45,588 nt of DNA from an uncultured Candidatus Saccharibacteria bacterium. GTDB taxonomy: Bacteria > Patescibacteriota > Minisyncoccia > Phycocordibacterales > CSBR16-193. The translations under genes were made by a program, and so were the position numbers. A model generated the notes under the pieces. The model was not told the origin of the DNA, did not search any database, and worked only from the letters and a program-made list of their open reading frames with translations. The stretch is from assembly GCA_964559575.1 (NCBI GenBank), contig CAZLGQ010000002.1:1-45588 (forward strand), in the 5' to 3' direction. Below, piece by piece: positions 8,136 to 17,578 of this stretch (position 1 is the first letter of the stretch; every line of letters begins with the position of its first letter).

Positions 8136-8945
8136 TTACTTGCTTTTTTCCAGTATTTCTTCTAAGTTTACGGAGTGAATATCACCTAACTGTTCTTCGT
8201 AAGTAGGTTTTTCGTTTTTATAAAAAAGACCCAAAGGAATGTTACCATCACCGTCGTAAACCCATTCTCTTGATCTTTCTTTGGCTTCTTCAAGAGGAAG
8301 ATCCTCTTTTTCCATTTCATAGCATCTTTCATTATAGTCAGGATAGGTATCATGCCATACAACACAAGGTTGTAAAACTTCTATTAAAGAAAATCCTTTA
8401 TGTTGCATTCCTTCCAGTATCAATCTTTTTAACTGTTTAGGCTTACCCGAATATCCTCTGGCTACAAAAGTGGCGCCTAAAGTTAAACTCAACTCAATTG
8501 GGTTAAGAGGGGTTTCAATACTACCTTCCGGACTAGTGGTACTTACGTAACCTTTAGGACTGGTTGAGGTTGGTTGATTTACTGTAAGGGCGAAAACTCT
8601 GTTATCATGAACTATTACGGTTATGTCTGAATTTCTTTTGGCGGCATGAATAAAGTGTGACATACCTTCATCGTAAGTATCTCCGTCACCAACCATACAC
8701 ACTACATTTAATTCTCTGTTTCCTATTTTTACACCGGTACCAAGAGGTATACTTCTTCCGTGTAGTGCATAAATACTGTTTAGATTCATGTAGTCGGATA
8801 TTTTTCCATGACATCCTATTCCTGATATTAGTACGGTTTTATTTTTATCCATTTCGGATACTGCTTCTTTAAAAGCATTTTGTATGGCAAAATTCCCGCA
8901 ACCCGGGCACCATGTATTTTTTGTAGGTAATATAAGATTGTCCAT
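8136..8945 (-). CDS. 2-oxoacid:ferredoxin oxidoreductase, beta (TPP-binding) subunit; substrate probably pyruvate
   Basis: N-terminal CPGCGNF Fe-S motif and TPP motif GDGDTYDEG. 269 aa, adjacent to the alpha/gamma subunit. Confidence 0.8.
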   Translation of the reverse strand: MDNLILPTKNTWCPGCGNFAIQNAFKEAVSEMDKNKTVLISGIGCHGKISDYMNLNSIYALHGRSIPLGTGVKIGNRELNVVCMVGDGDTYDEGMSHFIHAAKRNSDITVIVHDNRVFALTVNQPTSTSPKGYVSTTSPEGSIETPLNPIELSLTLGATFVARGYSGKPKQLKRLILEGMQHKGFSLIEVLQPCVVWHDTYPDYNERCYEMEKEDLPLEEAKERSREWVYDGDGNIPLGLFYKNEKPTYEEQLGDIHSVNLEEILEKSK

Positions 8946-8955
8946 ATATATTTTT

Positions 8956-10608
8956 TTAGATATTTATTTTTTCTTCTAATTTTTCAGATAAATATTCAAC
9001 CGTAAAAGGTCTTGCATCGTATTTTAATATTTTTTCATCAACTTCTATACCGTTTTCTTTCATAACCTGTGCCAGCTGTCCTTTGGAGTTAAGTTCTACA
9101 CAGATAACCTTTTCCATTCCACTTAAAGCTTCTTTCATTTTTTGCTCAGGAAATGGTTGTAAAACCAATGGTTGTATTAACTTTACATTTTTATTTCTAC
9201 TTGCTTCCATAACCGCTCCCTTTGTTGATCCCCAAAAAACAACCGCTACTGAACCTTCACCATAAGATTTAACGGTTTCTAATATATCAAGTTCTTCTTT
9301 TAGTTTTTCTTTTTTACGCATTCTTTTATTTACCATTTCTTCGGTTTCTTCCGGTATTTCTGTTGAAATACCATCTTTAGTGTGTTCATATCCGGTAGCT
9401 TTAACAGTAGCTTTACCACCAGGAGGTAGAATAGGGGATATATCCTCTCCGTCATAACGTTTATAATCTTTGGTATCAACTCCTTCTACTATATCTTCTT
9501 TTTCTATTTCATACCTTCCTTCAAGTTCGTAAGTATTTTCAGAAATTTCTTTATCTAAAAGTAAAATTGCAGGCATCTGATGTCTCCATGCTATATTAAG
9601 AGCTTTACCTCCCCAGTAGTATGCTTCATCAGCATCACCCGGTGCAACCACAAATCTTTCCAGGTCTCCGTGACCTGCATTTAAGGCAAAAAGAAGATCA
9701 CCTTGTGCTACATAAGTTGGCACTCCGGTAGCCGGTCCCATTCTTTGACTTAAAACTATTAAAAGAGGGATTTCTGATTGAGCGGAAAAACTTAAACTTT
9801 CTGTCATTAAAGCAAAACCTCCGCCGGAAGTGGAAAGTATTGTCCTTCTCCCTGCATAAGAGGAACCTAAAGCCATACTTATTACTGATATTTCGTTTTC
9901 CGGTTGGCTTGATCTTATTCCTTTAACTTCCGTTAAGAAACTTAATACTCCGGTTGCCGGTGTCATTGGGTATGATATACAACATTCAAGACCGGCTTTT
10001 ATAGCACCGATCGCTACGGCCTTATTTCCGGAAACTAAAGGTAAGGGGTCGTTTCCTGTTTCTATAAGTTCACCTTGGCTTTCGGTTTTATTAAAAGAAA
10101 CTTCAGCAACTTTAAGATTTTTTTCGGTTTCTATACCCAGTTCCTTTCTAAGAACTTCACTTACTTTTTCCCATTTCATTCCTAGTGTTTTTGAAAGTGT
10201 GGATATAAGAGCTGTGTTTTTCATTAATGAAGTTCCTTCAGCTTCTTTTATTATTTCATCTGTATTAACTTTTATTATTTCTAAACTTTTATTTTCAAGT
10301 GTCTCCTCTTTGACTAATGCAGGATCACATATTATAGCTCCTCCTTCCTTTATTTTATCTTTATGTTTTAGGACAGTATCCTCATTTAAGGCTAATAGAT
10401 AATCTATTTTTTCTTTTTTAGCTTCAACTTTTCTGTCAGAAGAGATTGATATCTGTGAAAAGTTATGGCCTCCTCTTATAAGAGAGTGATAGTCTTCATG
10501 TATAAAAACTCTAAAACCGTGAGAGTTAAAAAGTTTACCGATAATAAGACCGGCTTTTTTGGAACCGTCTCCGGCTGCTCCTCCTACTATTATTTGAAAG
10601 TTATCCAT
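8956..10608 (-). CDS. 2-oxoacid:ferredoxin oxidoreductase, fused gamma-alpha subunit
   Basis: N-terminal gamma-type segment (IIVGGAAGDGSKKAG) followed by an alpha-type segment (YPMTPATGVLSF). 550 aa, as in two-subunit OFORs. Confidence 0.8.
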   Translation of the reverse strand: MDNFQIIVGGAAGDGSKKAGLIIGKLFNSHGFRVFIHEDYHSLIRGGHNFSQISISSDRKVEAKKEKIDYLLALNEDTVLKHKDKIKEGGAIICDPALVKEETLENKSLEIIKVNTDEIIKEAEGTSLMKNTALISTLSKTLGMKWEKVSEVLRKELGIETEKNLKVAEVSFNKTESQGELIETGNDPLPLVSGNKAVAIGAIKAGLECCISYPMTPATGVLSFLTEVKGIRSSQPENEISVISMALGSSYAGRRTILSTSGGGFALMTESLSFSAQSEIPLLIVLSQRMGPATGVPTYVAQGDLLFALNAGHGDLERFVVAPGDADEAYYWGGKALNIAWRHQMPAILLLDKEISENTYELEGRYEIEKEDIVEGVDTKDYKRYDGEDISPILPPGGKATVKATGYEHTKDGISTEIPEETEEMVNKRMRKKEKLKEELDILETVKSYGEGSVAVVFWGSTKGAVMEASRNKNVKLIQPLVLQPFPEQKMKEALSGMEKVICVELNSKGQLAQVMKENGIEVDEKILKYDARPFTVEYLSEKLEEKINI

Positions 10609-10655
10609 AATAAAATGAACATATTAATTTTTAATTTTTTTTAATAAACAAGAGA

Positions 10656-10871
10656 TCATTCAACTTTTATACATTGAACAGGACAACTTTCAGATGCGCT
10701 TGTATTACATCCTGCTTCTTCTACTTCCAGCTCATAAACATCATCTTCTTTTTGTTCACTGTTTTTTAAAACAGCTTTGTTGTCGTCACTCATTTCCCAA
10801 AATTCCGGGCAGACAGAAGCACAAACTCCACATCCTATACATTTATCTTTTTCAAAAATTATTTTACTCAT
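10656..10871 (-). CDS. Small monocluster [4Fe-4S]/[3Fe-4S] ferredoxin (Thermococcales/Thermotoga type)
   Basis: 71 aa. CIGCGVCASVCPEFWEM ... CPVQCI spacing resembles single-cluster ferredoxins. Its start overlaps the acdA stop by 8 nt. Confidence 0.75.
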   Translation of the reverse strand: MSKIIFEKDKCIGCGVCASVCPEFWEMSDDNKAVLKNSEQKEDDVYELEVEEAGCNTSASESCPVQCIKVE

Positions 10872-12189
10872 GTTTTTTACTTAAAACTTTTAATGCTTGG
10901 GAAGCTTCAAGAGGATCTTGGTAGTTGGGTATTTTGTTTTCTTCTAAAATGGAAATAGCTTTTTTTGTTTCTTCACCTTTTCCCATAAAATTAGTTACAA
11001 TTGTTTTTTTGTGCTTCTCTTGAGCTTCTATAATTATTTTAGCATTCTTTTCCGGTTCGGTCATGATTTGCAGGGTCTGGATAACTACCAGAGCACCAAT
11101 GTTTTTTTGTTTTAATACCGATTCTATGGCTATTTTATATCTTTCGGCATCTGCATCTCCAACTATATCAAGGGGATTGCTTGCTGAATAACCCGGATGC
11201 ATGGATTCTTGCATAAGAGAAAGTGTGTTTTCTTCTAATTCGGGTAAAAATTCGTCTTCAAGATAATCGGTCATTAAAACACCAATTCCTCCTCCGTTTG
11301 TTATTATTCCTATACCTCCTTCAAATTGATTTTGCCATGAAAGGGCTTTGGATGAATTGAAAAGTTCTTTTAAAGAAAAAACTTCAAAAGCTCCTGACTG
11401 TTTTATAGCAGCGGAAAAAACTTTTGATTCTCCTGCTAATGAACCGGTGTGTGAAGAAACAGCCTTTTGAGATCTTTCACTTTTTCCACCCTTTATGACC
11501 AGTATGGGTTTTTTAGTTTCCTTTATTGTGTTGTATAGGTCTCTTCCGTCTTTTAAACCTTCTATGTATAAGGATATAACATCTGTTTCTTTATCTTCAT
11601 CTGCCCATTTGATGTAATCAACCAAAGAAAGACCCGCTGCATTACCGGGTGAAACTAAAAAAGAAAATCCGTAATTCTCTTCTGTAGATCCGTCAATTAC
11701 TGAGTCTATTAAGGCACCGGATTGAGATATAAAAGCTATTCCTCCGGCCTTTGGGGTTTGGGGGGCAAAAGAAGCATTTAATTTACTGGAAGGTCTTACT
11801 ATTCCCAAACAGTTCGGACCAATTAAAGATATGTTTTTTTCTTTTAATATATTAACTATCTGTTCTTCTTCTTTTTTACCTTTTTCTCCCATCTCTCCAA
11901 ATCCGGCTGATATTATGATCACACCTCCGACATTTTTTTCCGCACACTGTTTAACAACATCAACGACTCCTTTTTGAGGAATAGCTATGACAGATAGATC
12001 AATATCTTCAGGTACTGATGTTATGTCCGGGTATGTTTTTAAACCCATAACACTTTCTTGGTTGGGGTTAATTGGAAATATTTTTCTATTTTGGTTTAAA
12101 AGGTTTTCCATCAAACCTCTACCTACCGATTTTTCTTTTTCGGTAGCACCTATAACTGCTACTGTTTGGGGATTTAGAAAGTTTTTCAT
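10864..12189 (-). CDS. acdA: ADP-forming acetyl-CoA synthetase (acetate--CoA ligase), alpha subunit (CoA-binding + succinyl-CoA-synthetase-like domains)
   Basis: 441 aa with an N-terminal CoA-binding fold (PQTVAVIGATEKEKSVG). SHTGSLAG contains the phosphohistidine-type motif. Paired with the ATP-grasp beta subunit. Confidence 0.8.
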   Translation of the reverse strand: MKNFLNPQTVAVIGATEKEKSVGRGLMENLLNQNRKIFPINPNQESVMGLKTYPDITSVPEDIDLSVIAIPQKGVVDVVKQCAEKNVGGVIIISAGFGEMGEKGKKEEEQIVNILKEKNISLIGPNCLGIVRPSSKLNASFAPQTPKAGGIAFISQSGALIDSVIDGSTEENYGFSFLVSPGNAAGLSLVDYIKWADEDKETDVISLYIEGLKDGRDLYNTIKETKKPILVIKGGKSERSQKAVSSHTGSLAGESKVFSAAIKQSGAFEVFSLKELFNSSKALSWQNQFEGGIGIITNGGGIGVLMTDYLEDEFLPELEENTLSLMQESMHPGYSASNPLDIVGDADAERYKIAIESVLKQKNIGALVVIQTLQIMTEPEKNAKIIIEAQEKHKKTIVTNFMGKGEETKKAISILEENKIPNYQDPLEASQALKVLSKKHE

Positions 12190-12800
12190 ATTATTAATTT
12201 AACATCGCAAACTAAAGAAGTGTCTTTTGCTAAAACCGGATTGAAATCAATTTCTTTTATTTGAGATTCTTCTTGAAGAAGTAGGGAGGTTCTTACCAAA
12301 ATTTCTGCGAGAGCTTCTTTATTTACAACCGGTCTACCTCTAAAACCTTCCAATAGTTTTTTTCCTTTTATTTCTTCTATCATTTCCATAGCGGTTTCCG
12401 TATTTAATGGAGATAGTCTAAAAACAGTATCTTTATATATCTCAACTAAAATACCACCTAAACCTATCATTACAGTTGGTCCAAATACTTCATCTCTTTT
12501 ACCGCCTATGATTATCTCTTCACCTTCAATTTGCTTTTGCACTAGTATTGAACTTTTTTCTATTTTAAAAAGATCATCAAAAGCTTTTTCGGCTTCTTCT
12601 TTTGTTTTTATTCCGGTTATCACCCCTCCTATTTCGGTTTTGTGAGCTTTTTCTTTAGAATCTATTTTCATTACTATAGGAAGATCAAGTTCTTTTAAAA
12701 CAGAGTCAAGATCTTTTTTGTTTTTTATAACAAAACTTTTCACCAAAGGAATATTATATTTTTCCAGCGTCTCTTGACTTTGTTTGAAGTTTAAAAGCAT
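12186..12800 (-). CDS. acdB: ADP-forming acetyl-CoA synthetase, beta subunit (ATP-grasp domain)
   Basis: 204 aa with ATP-grasp_5-like sequence (PIVMKIDS..HKTEIGGV). ATGA overlap with acdA. Confidence 0.7.
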   Translation of the reverse strand: MLLNFKQSQETLEKYNIPLVKSFVIKNKKDLDSVLKELDLPIVMKIDSKEKAHKTEIGGVITGIKTKEEAEKAFDDLFKIEKSSILVQKQIEGEEIIIGGKRDEVFGPTVMIGLGGILVEIYKDTVFRLSPLNTETAMEMIEEIKGKKLLEGFRGRPVVNKEALAEILVRTSLLLQEESQIKEIDFNPVLAKDTSLVCDVKLII

Positions 12801-12885
12801 TGATTTGTACTAAGTTATAGATTCATACTATTAAAATGACCATACTATCATTTTAACATAAAGATACTTTTTTAGATCTTAACAT

Positions 12886-14127
12886 TTATCTTCTGAAAAG
12901 TTCTTCTTCTATTCTTAAAAGTTCATTATATTTTGCTGTTCTTTCTCCTCTTGCCGGAGCGCCAAATTTTATCATCGGTACATTAGCAGCCACCGCTATA
13001 TGAGATATGCTTACATCTTCTGTTTCACCTGATCGGTGAGAAACAATAGGGGATATACCTGAATAAAAGGCTGTTTTTATAGCGGTTAATGTTTCAGTTA
13101 GGGTACCTATTTGATTGGGTTTAATTATTACTCCCTTTGTTGATTTTTCCTGTCCTGATTTTTCTATTTTTTCGGGATCAGTTACTAAAAAGTCATCTCC
13201 AACTATAGTTACTTTATCACCAATAAGTTGGTTGATGTTTATAAAACCTTCCTTATCTTTTTCGTTTAAAGGATCTTCAATAGATATCATTGGATATTTA
13301 TCTGTTAGATCTTTTATTTTTGATATAAAAACACTTTTTTCTAAATACTCTCCGTTGTATAAATATTTTTCTTCTTTACTTATTTCATTAGCGGCAATAT
13401 CAAGTGCTAATTCATAATCCTCTCCGGCGATGTAACCTATATTTTCACTCGCTTCTATTATTAACTCAAGAGCTTCTTCATTTTTTTCAAGAGTTGGAGC
13501 AAAACCACCCTCATCACCAACTGAAGTTTTTAACCCTTTTTTATTTAATAATTTTTTTAGAGATTGATATATTTCTACCCCACACTTTAGTGATCCACTA
13601 AAGGTTTCCTTGGAGGGAACGATCATAAACTCTTGAAAAGAAAGACCGCTATCGGCATGAACACCTCCGTTTAGAATATTAAACATTGGTTTGGGCATAC
13701 TTTTACTTTCGGCAAACTCTTCTTTTAAATGTAGGTATAAAGGAATTTTTTTGTGATTAGCTAATGATACGGAATAGGACAGAGATAGTGCTAAAATAGT
13801 ATTAGCTCCCAGATGACTTTTATTAGTAGTTCCATCAATTTCTATTAACTTTTCGTCCAATTCTTTTTGTGTAAAACTTTTATTAACAATACTATCTTTT
13901 ATCTTTCCTTCTGTGTATTCAATAGCTAAAGAAACACCTTTTCCGTTGTAGTTTTTAAGGTCTTCGTCTCTTAATTCTTTTGCTTCAGTTTCACCGGTTG
14001 AAGCTCCTGAGGGAACAGCAGCTCTTCCCATGGAACCGTCTTCTAACTCTATGTCAGTTTCAATGGTTGGTACCGCTCTTGAATCTATTATTTGGCGTGC
14101 TTTTATGTTTTTTATTTTAGGATACAT
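12886..14127 (-). CDS. eno: Enolase (phosphopyruvate hydratase)
   Basis: ARQIIDSRAVPTIETDI, VPSGASTGETEA, SHRSGETED motifs. 413 aa. Confidence 0.92.
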   Translation of the reverse strand: MYPKIKNIKARQIIDSRAVPTIETDIELEDGSMGRAAVPSGASTGETEAKELRDEDLKNYNGKGVSLAIEYTEGKIKDSIVNKSFTQKELDEKLIEIDGTTNKSHLGANTILALSLSYSVSLANHKKIPLYLHLKEEFAESKSMPKPMFNILNGGVHADSGLSFQEFMIVPSKETFSGSLKCGVEIYQSLKKLLNKKGLKTSVGDEGGFAPTLEKNEEALELIIEASENIGYIAGEDYELALDIAANEISKEEKYLYNGEYLEKSVFISKIKDLTDKYPMISIEDPLNEKDKEGFININQLIGDKVTIVGDDFLVTDPEKIEKSGQEKSTKGVIIKPNQIGTLTETLTAIKTAFYSGISPIVSHRSGETEDVSISHIAVAANVPMIKFGAPARGERTAKYNELLRIEEELFRR

Positions 14128-15128
14128 TATTCTACTTTATTAACTGGGTCACCTTCTATGAATTTTATAATGTTTTCTATTGTAGTTTCTTGTATTCTAA
14201 AAAAAGCCTCTCTTGTATTAAAGGCGTTGTGTGGAGTTATTAAGACTTTTGGATGATTAATTAGATACTGATTGGAAAGAAGTGTCTGTAGTAATTCGGA
14301 AGAATCAGCCTCCAAACTTTTTTCTTTTCCCAAGAGATCTTCTCTTTCAAGAACATCCAAACCTACTCCCTCAACTATCTCTTCTTTCAGAGCTTTTATT
14401 ATGGCTTTTGTTTCTATTAAACCTCCACGAGAAACATTTATTAAAAATGCACCTTTTTTTATTTCTTTTATATTTTCACAGTTCAACATATGATAAGTGT
14501 GCTGATTTTGAGGTGCATGAATGGTTAAGATATCACTTTTTTGTAGTACTTCATTAAAGTCTTGATAATAGAAACCTAAATTTTCAGCCATTTCAGGTCT
14601 GGGAAAAGGATCAAATGCTAAAACATTCATATTAAACCCTTTAGCTATTTTGATAACATTTATTCCGATACTACCGGTACCGATAACGCCTAATGTTTTT
14701 CCAAAAAGATCAAACCCTCTGAGATTTTCTCTTGAAAACTTCCCTGTTTCTAAAACCTGTTTATGAGCTAAACAGACTTTACGGGATAAATTTAAAATAA
14801 GAGAAAAGGTGTGTTCCGCTACGGTATTCTCACCATAATTAGGGACGTTACAAACGGTTATATCTCTGTCTCTACAGATATTCATGTCTATATTATCAAA
14901 TCCTGTAGATCTTATAGCGATCATTTTAAGAGAAGGGAATTGATCTATTTCTTTTTTTCCTATCTTTCCTTTAAAAAATAAAGAAATAATTTCTATTTTT
15001 TGAGATTCCTCCCAAGGTATTTCTTCCAGTTTTTTATAAAAAGAAACATCTATCCCTTCACCATCCGATAGTTTGGATTTAATATGATCTTGTTCGTAAA
15101 AATTTTTTTGAATGTAAGCTATCTTCAC
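14127..15128 (-). CDS. D-isomer-specific 2-hydroxyacid dehydrogenase (glycerate dehydrogenase/hydroxypyruvate reductase or D-lactate dehydrogenase type); GTG start
   Basis: NAD fold GVIGTGSIG, catalytic-region SRGGLI and PHNAF. The stop overlaps the eno start (TAATG). Confidence 0.75.
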   Translation of the reverse strand: MKIAYIQKNFYEQDHIKSKLSDGEGIDVSFYKKLEEIPWEESQKIEIISLFFKGKIGKKEIDQFPSLKMIAIRSTGFDNIDMNICRDRDITVCNVPNYGENTVAEHTFSLILNLSRKVCLAHKQVLETGKFSRENLRGFDLFGKTLGVIGTGSIGINVIKIAKGFNMNVLAFDPFPRPEMAENLGFYYQDFNEVLQKSDILTIHAPQNQHTYHMLNCENIKEIKKGAFLINVSRGGLIETKAIIKALKEEIVEGVGLDVLEREDLLGKEKSLEADSSELLQTLLSNQYLINHPKVLITPHNAFNTREAFFRIQETTIENIIKFIEGDPVNKVE

Positions 15129-15142
15129 GGGAAAATTAAGAG

Positions 15143-17569
15143 TTAAGAATTTTGTTCATCTTTAAGTTTTTGTTCCTCGTCACTGATCTCAAACTTCATT
15201 GGAATAATAGAGTCAGGTATTAAAGAAACCGAATCTATATTTTGTTGTATTAAGAATCTTAAGAAATCTTTATAATCCGAAGGAGCCTGTCCACAAAAAC
15301 CTATATACTTTCCTTTTTCCTGACATTTTTTAATGGCTTCGGTAACAAAAGTTCTTACGGCAGGATCATTCTCGTTTGAAATACCGGCTACTATTGATGA
15401 ATCTCGATCTAAACCTAAAGTTAACTGTGCCAGATCATTTGAACCTATTGAGAATCCATCAAATAATTCCAGAAAATCATCAGCTCTTAATACATTGGTA
15501 GGTAATTCACACATTACGTGCACTTTTAATCCTTCATGACCTTTAGCTAATCCACATTCTGCCATGATTTCTAAAACTCTTTTTCCTTCTTCCGGTGTTC
15601 TACAGAATGGAACCATTACAGCTAAATTCTTAAGTCCGAATCCCTCTCTTATTTTTTTCATAGCCTCACACTCAAGTTTAAAAGCTTCAGTAAAATCAGG
15701 GTGAGCATATCTGGAAGCGCCTCTCCATCCGATCATAGGATTTTCTTCTTTAGGTTCATACTTTTCTCCTCCTATTAAAGCTGCATATTCATTTGTTTTA
15801 AAGTCAGAAAACCTAACAATAACCTGTTTAGGGTGGAAAGCTGCCGCTATCTGACCCACACCTTCGGCTAGTTTATCAATATAGAACTGTCTTTTATCTT
15901 CATATCCTGCAGTTATTTCATCTATTTTCTTTTTAACCGATGTTGGTTCAGAGGAGTAGTTTAATAAGGCCATTGGATGTACTTTTATGTGAGAAGCTAT
16001 AACGAACTCTTCTCTGGCAAGACCAACTCCGTCGTTTGGGATGGATGAGTAAATAAAAGCACTATCAGGACTACCTATGTTCATTGATACATGGGTATCT
16101 GTTTCAGGTATTTGATCTATTTTGTGAACATTTTCTTCCCATTCAAGTTTACCGTTATATATCTTTCCTACAGTACCACTTGAGGTATCGCATGTTATGG
16201 TCTGACCGTTTTTTATAACTTTGCGAGCATTCGGGACTCCTATGACTGCCGGAATACCAAGCTCTCTTGAAACAATGGCAGCGTGAGATGTTCTTCCTCC
16301 TTTTTCTGTAACGATAGCGGAAGCTATTTTCATTATAGGTTCCCAATCAGGATCCGTTATTTCAGTAACCAATACTTCTCCTTCTTTAAAGTCATGTATG
16401 TTTTCTACTGAATCCACAACCCTTGCTTTACCGGCGGCTATCTTTGTTCCTACGGCTATACCTTCAGCTATATGTTCTTCTTCATTTGATTTGAGATGGA
16501 ACTCTCTTATCTCCATACTTTTGTTTTCAGAGTGAATTGTTTCCGGTCTTGCTTGAACAATAAATAGTTCGCCATTTTCTCCATCTTTTGCCCATTCAAT
16601 GTCCATAGGTGAGGGATGACCGGCTTTTTCTGAATAGTGTCTTTCTATTTCTGTTCCCCACCTGGCTAAAGTAAGTATTTCATCTTCATTTAGAGCAAAG
16701 CATTCTCTCTCTTTTTTCGTTGTCTGTACTTCTTTGACAGGAGATGAACCCTTAGAATCATATACCATCTTTATACCTTTTGTACCTAAAGTTTTTTTAA
16801 TGATAGGACTAAAACCTTCATTTAGTGTAGGTTTAAAAACAAGATATTCGTCAGGATTAACTTTTCCTTGAACTACCATTTCCCCGAGTCCCCAAGCGGC
16901 ACTTATTTGAACCACGTTTCTAAAACCCGATTCGGTGTCTAAAGTGAACATTACTCCGGATGAACTCTTATCGGAGCGGACCATTTTTTGTACTCCAACT
17001 GATAGATCTACATCAAAGTGATCAAAACCTTTGTCCTGTCTATAGGATATAGCTCTGTCATTAAAAAGGGAAGACATCGCGTGTTTGGTGTACTTTAGTA
17101 CATTATCTATACCTACTACATTTAAGTATGTATCGTGTTCTCCGGCAAAACTTGCTCCGGGTAGATCTTCGGCGGTTGCTGAAGATCTTATGGCTACATC
17201 TGTATTCTTTTGATTGTATGCATTTGATAGATTTTCGTAAGCCACTTTTATTTCTTCAGAAAGTTCCGGAGAAAGGTTTGCTTTTATTATAGCTTCACGT
17301 ATTTTTTTACCGGCTTTTTGCAGGGCCTTTATATCACCGGTGTCTAGATCTTTTAGTTCTGAATATATAAAAGATTCTAATCCGGCTTCGTTTATAAATC
17401 TTCTGTATCCTTCGGCGGTTATAACAAATCCGTTAGGTACCTGTATGCCTTTTTCGGCTAAACTTACATACATTTCTCCTAATGATGCATTTTTACCTCC
17501 AACGATTTCTACATCGTTGTTGTTTATTTGATCAAACCAAAGTAAAAGGGGGTTGTTGTATTCTTTCAT
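15143..17569 (-). CDS. ppsA: Phosphoenolpyruvate synthase (pyruvate, water dikinase)
   Basis: 808 aa. N-terminal VGGKNASLGEM, phosphohistidine motif GGRTSHAAIVSRELGIPAV, C-terminal PEP-utilising TIM barrel. Confidence 0.9.
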   Translation of the reverse strand: MKEYNNPLLLWFDQINNNDVEIVGGKNASLGEMYVSLAEKGIQVPNGFVITAEGYRRFINEAGLESFIYSELKDLDTGDIKALQKAGKKIREAIIKANLSPELSEEIKVAYENLSNAYNQKNTDVAIRSSATAEDLPGASFAGEHDTYLNVVGIDNVLKYTKHAMSSLFNDRAISYRQDKGFDHFDVDLSVGVQKMVRSDKSSSGVMFTLDTESGFRNVVQISAAWGLGEMVVQGKVNPDEYLVFKPTLNEGFSPIIKKTLGTKGIKMVYDSKGSSPVKEVQTTKKERECFALNEDEILTLARWGTEIERHYSEKAGHPSPMDIEWAKDGENGELFIVQARPETIHSENKSMEIREFHLKSNEEEHIAEGIAVGTKIAAGKARVVDSVENIHDFKEGEVLVTEITDPDWEPIMKIASAIVTEKGGRTSHAAIVSRELGIPAVIGVPNARKVIKNGQTITCDTSSGTVGKIYNGKLEWEENVHKIDQIPETDTHVSMNIGSPDSAFIYSSIPNDGVGLAREEFVIASHIKVHPMALLNYSSEPTSVKKKIDEITAGYEDKRQFYIDKLAEGVGQIAAAFHPKQVIVRFSDFKTNEYAALIGGEKYEPKEENPMIGWRGASRYAHPDFTEAFKLECEAMKKIREGFGLKNLAVMVPFCRTPEEGKRVLEIMAECGLAKGHEGLKVHVMCELPTNVLRADDFLELFDGFSIGSNDLAQLTLGLDRDSSIVAGISNENDPAVRTFVTEAIKKCQEKGKYIGFCGQAPSDYKDFLRFLIQQNIDSVSLIPDSIIPMKFEISDEEQKLKDEQNS

Positions 17570-17578
17570 AATTATTTT

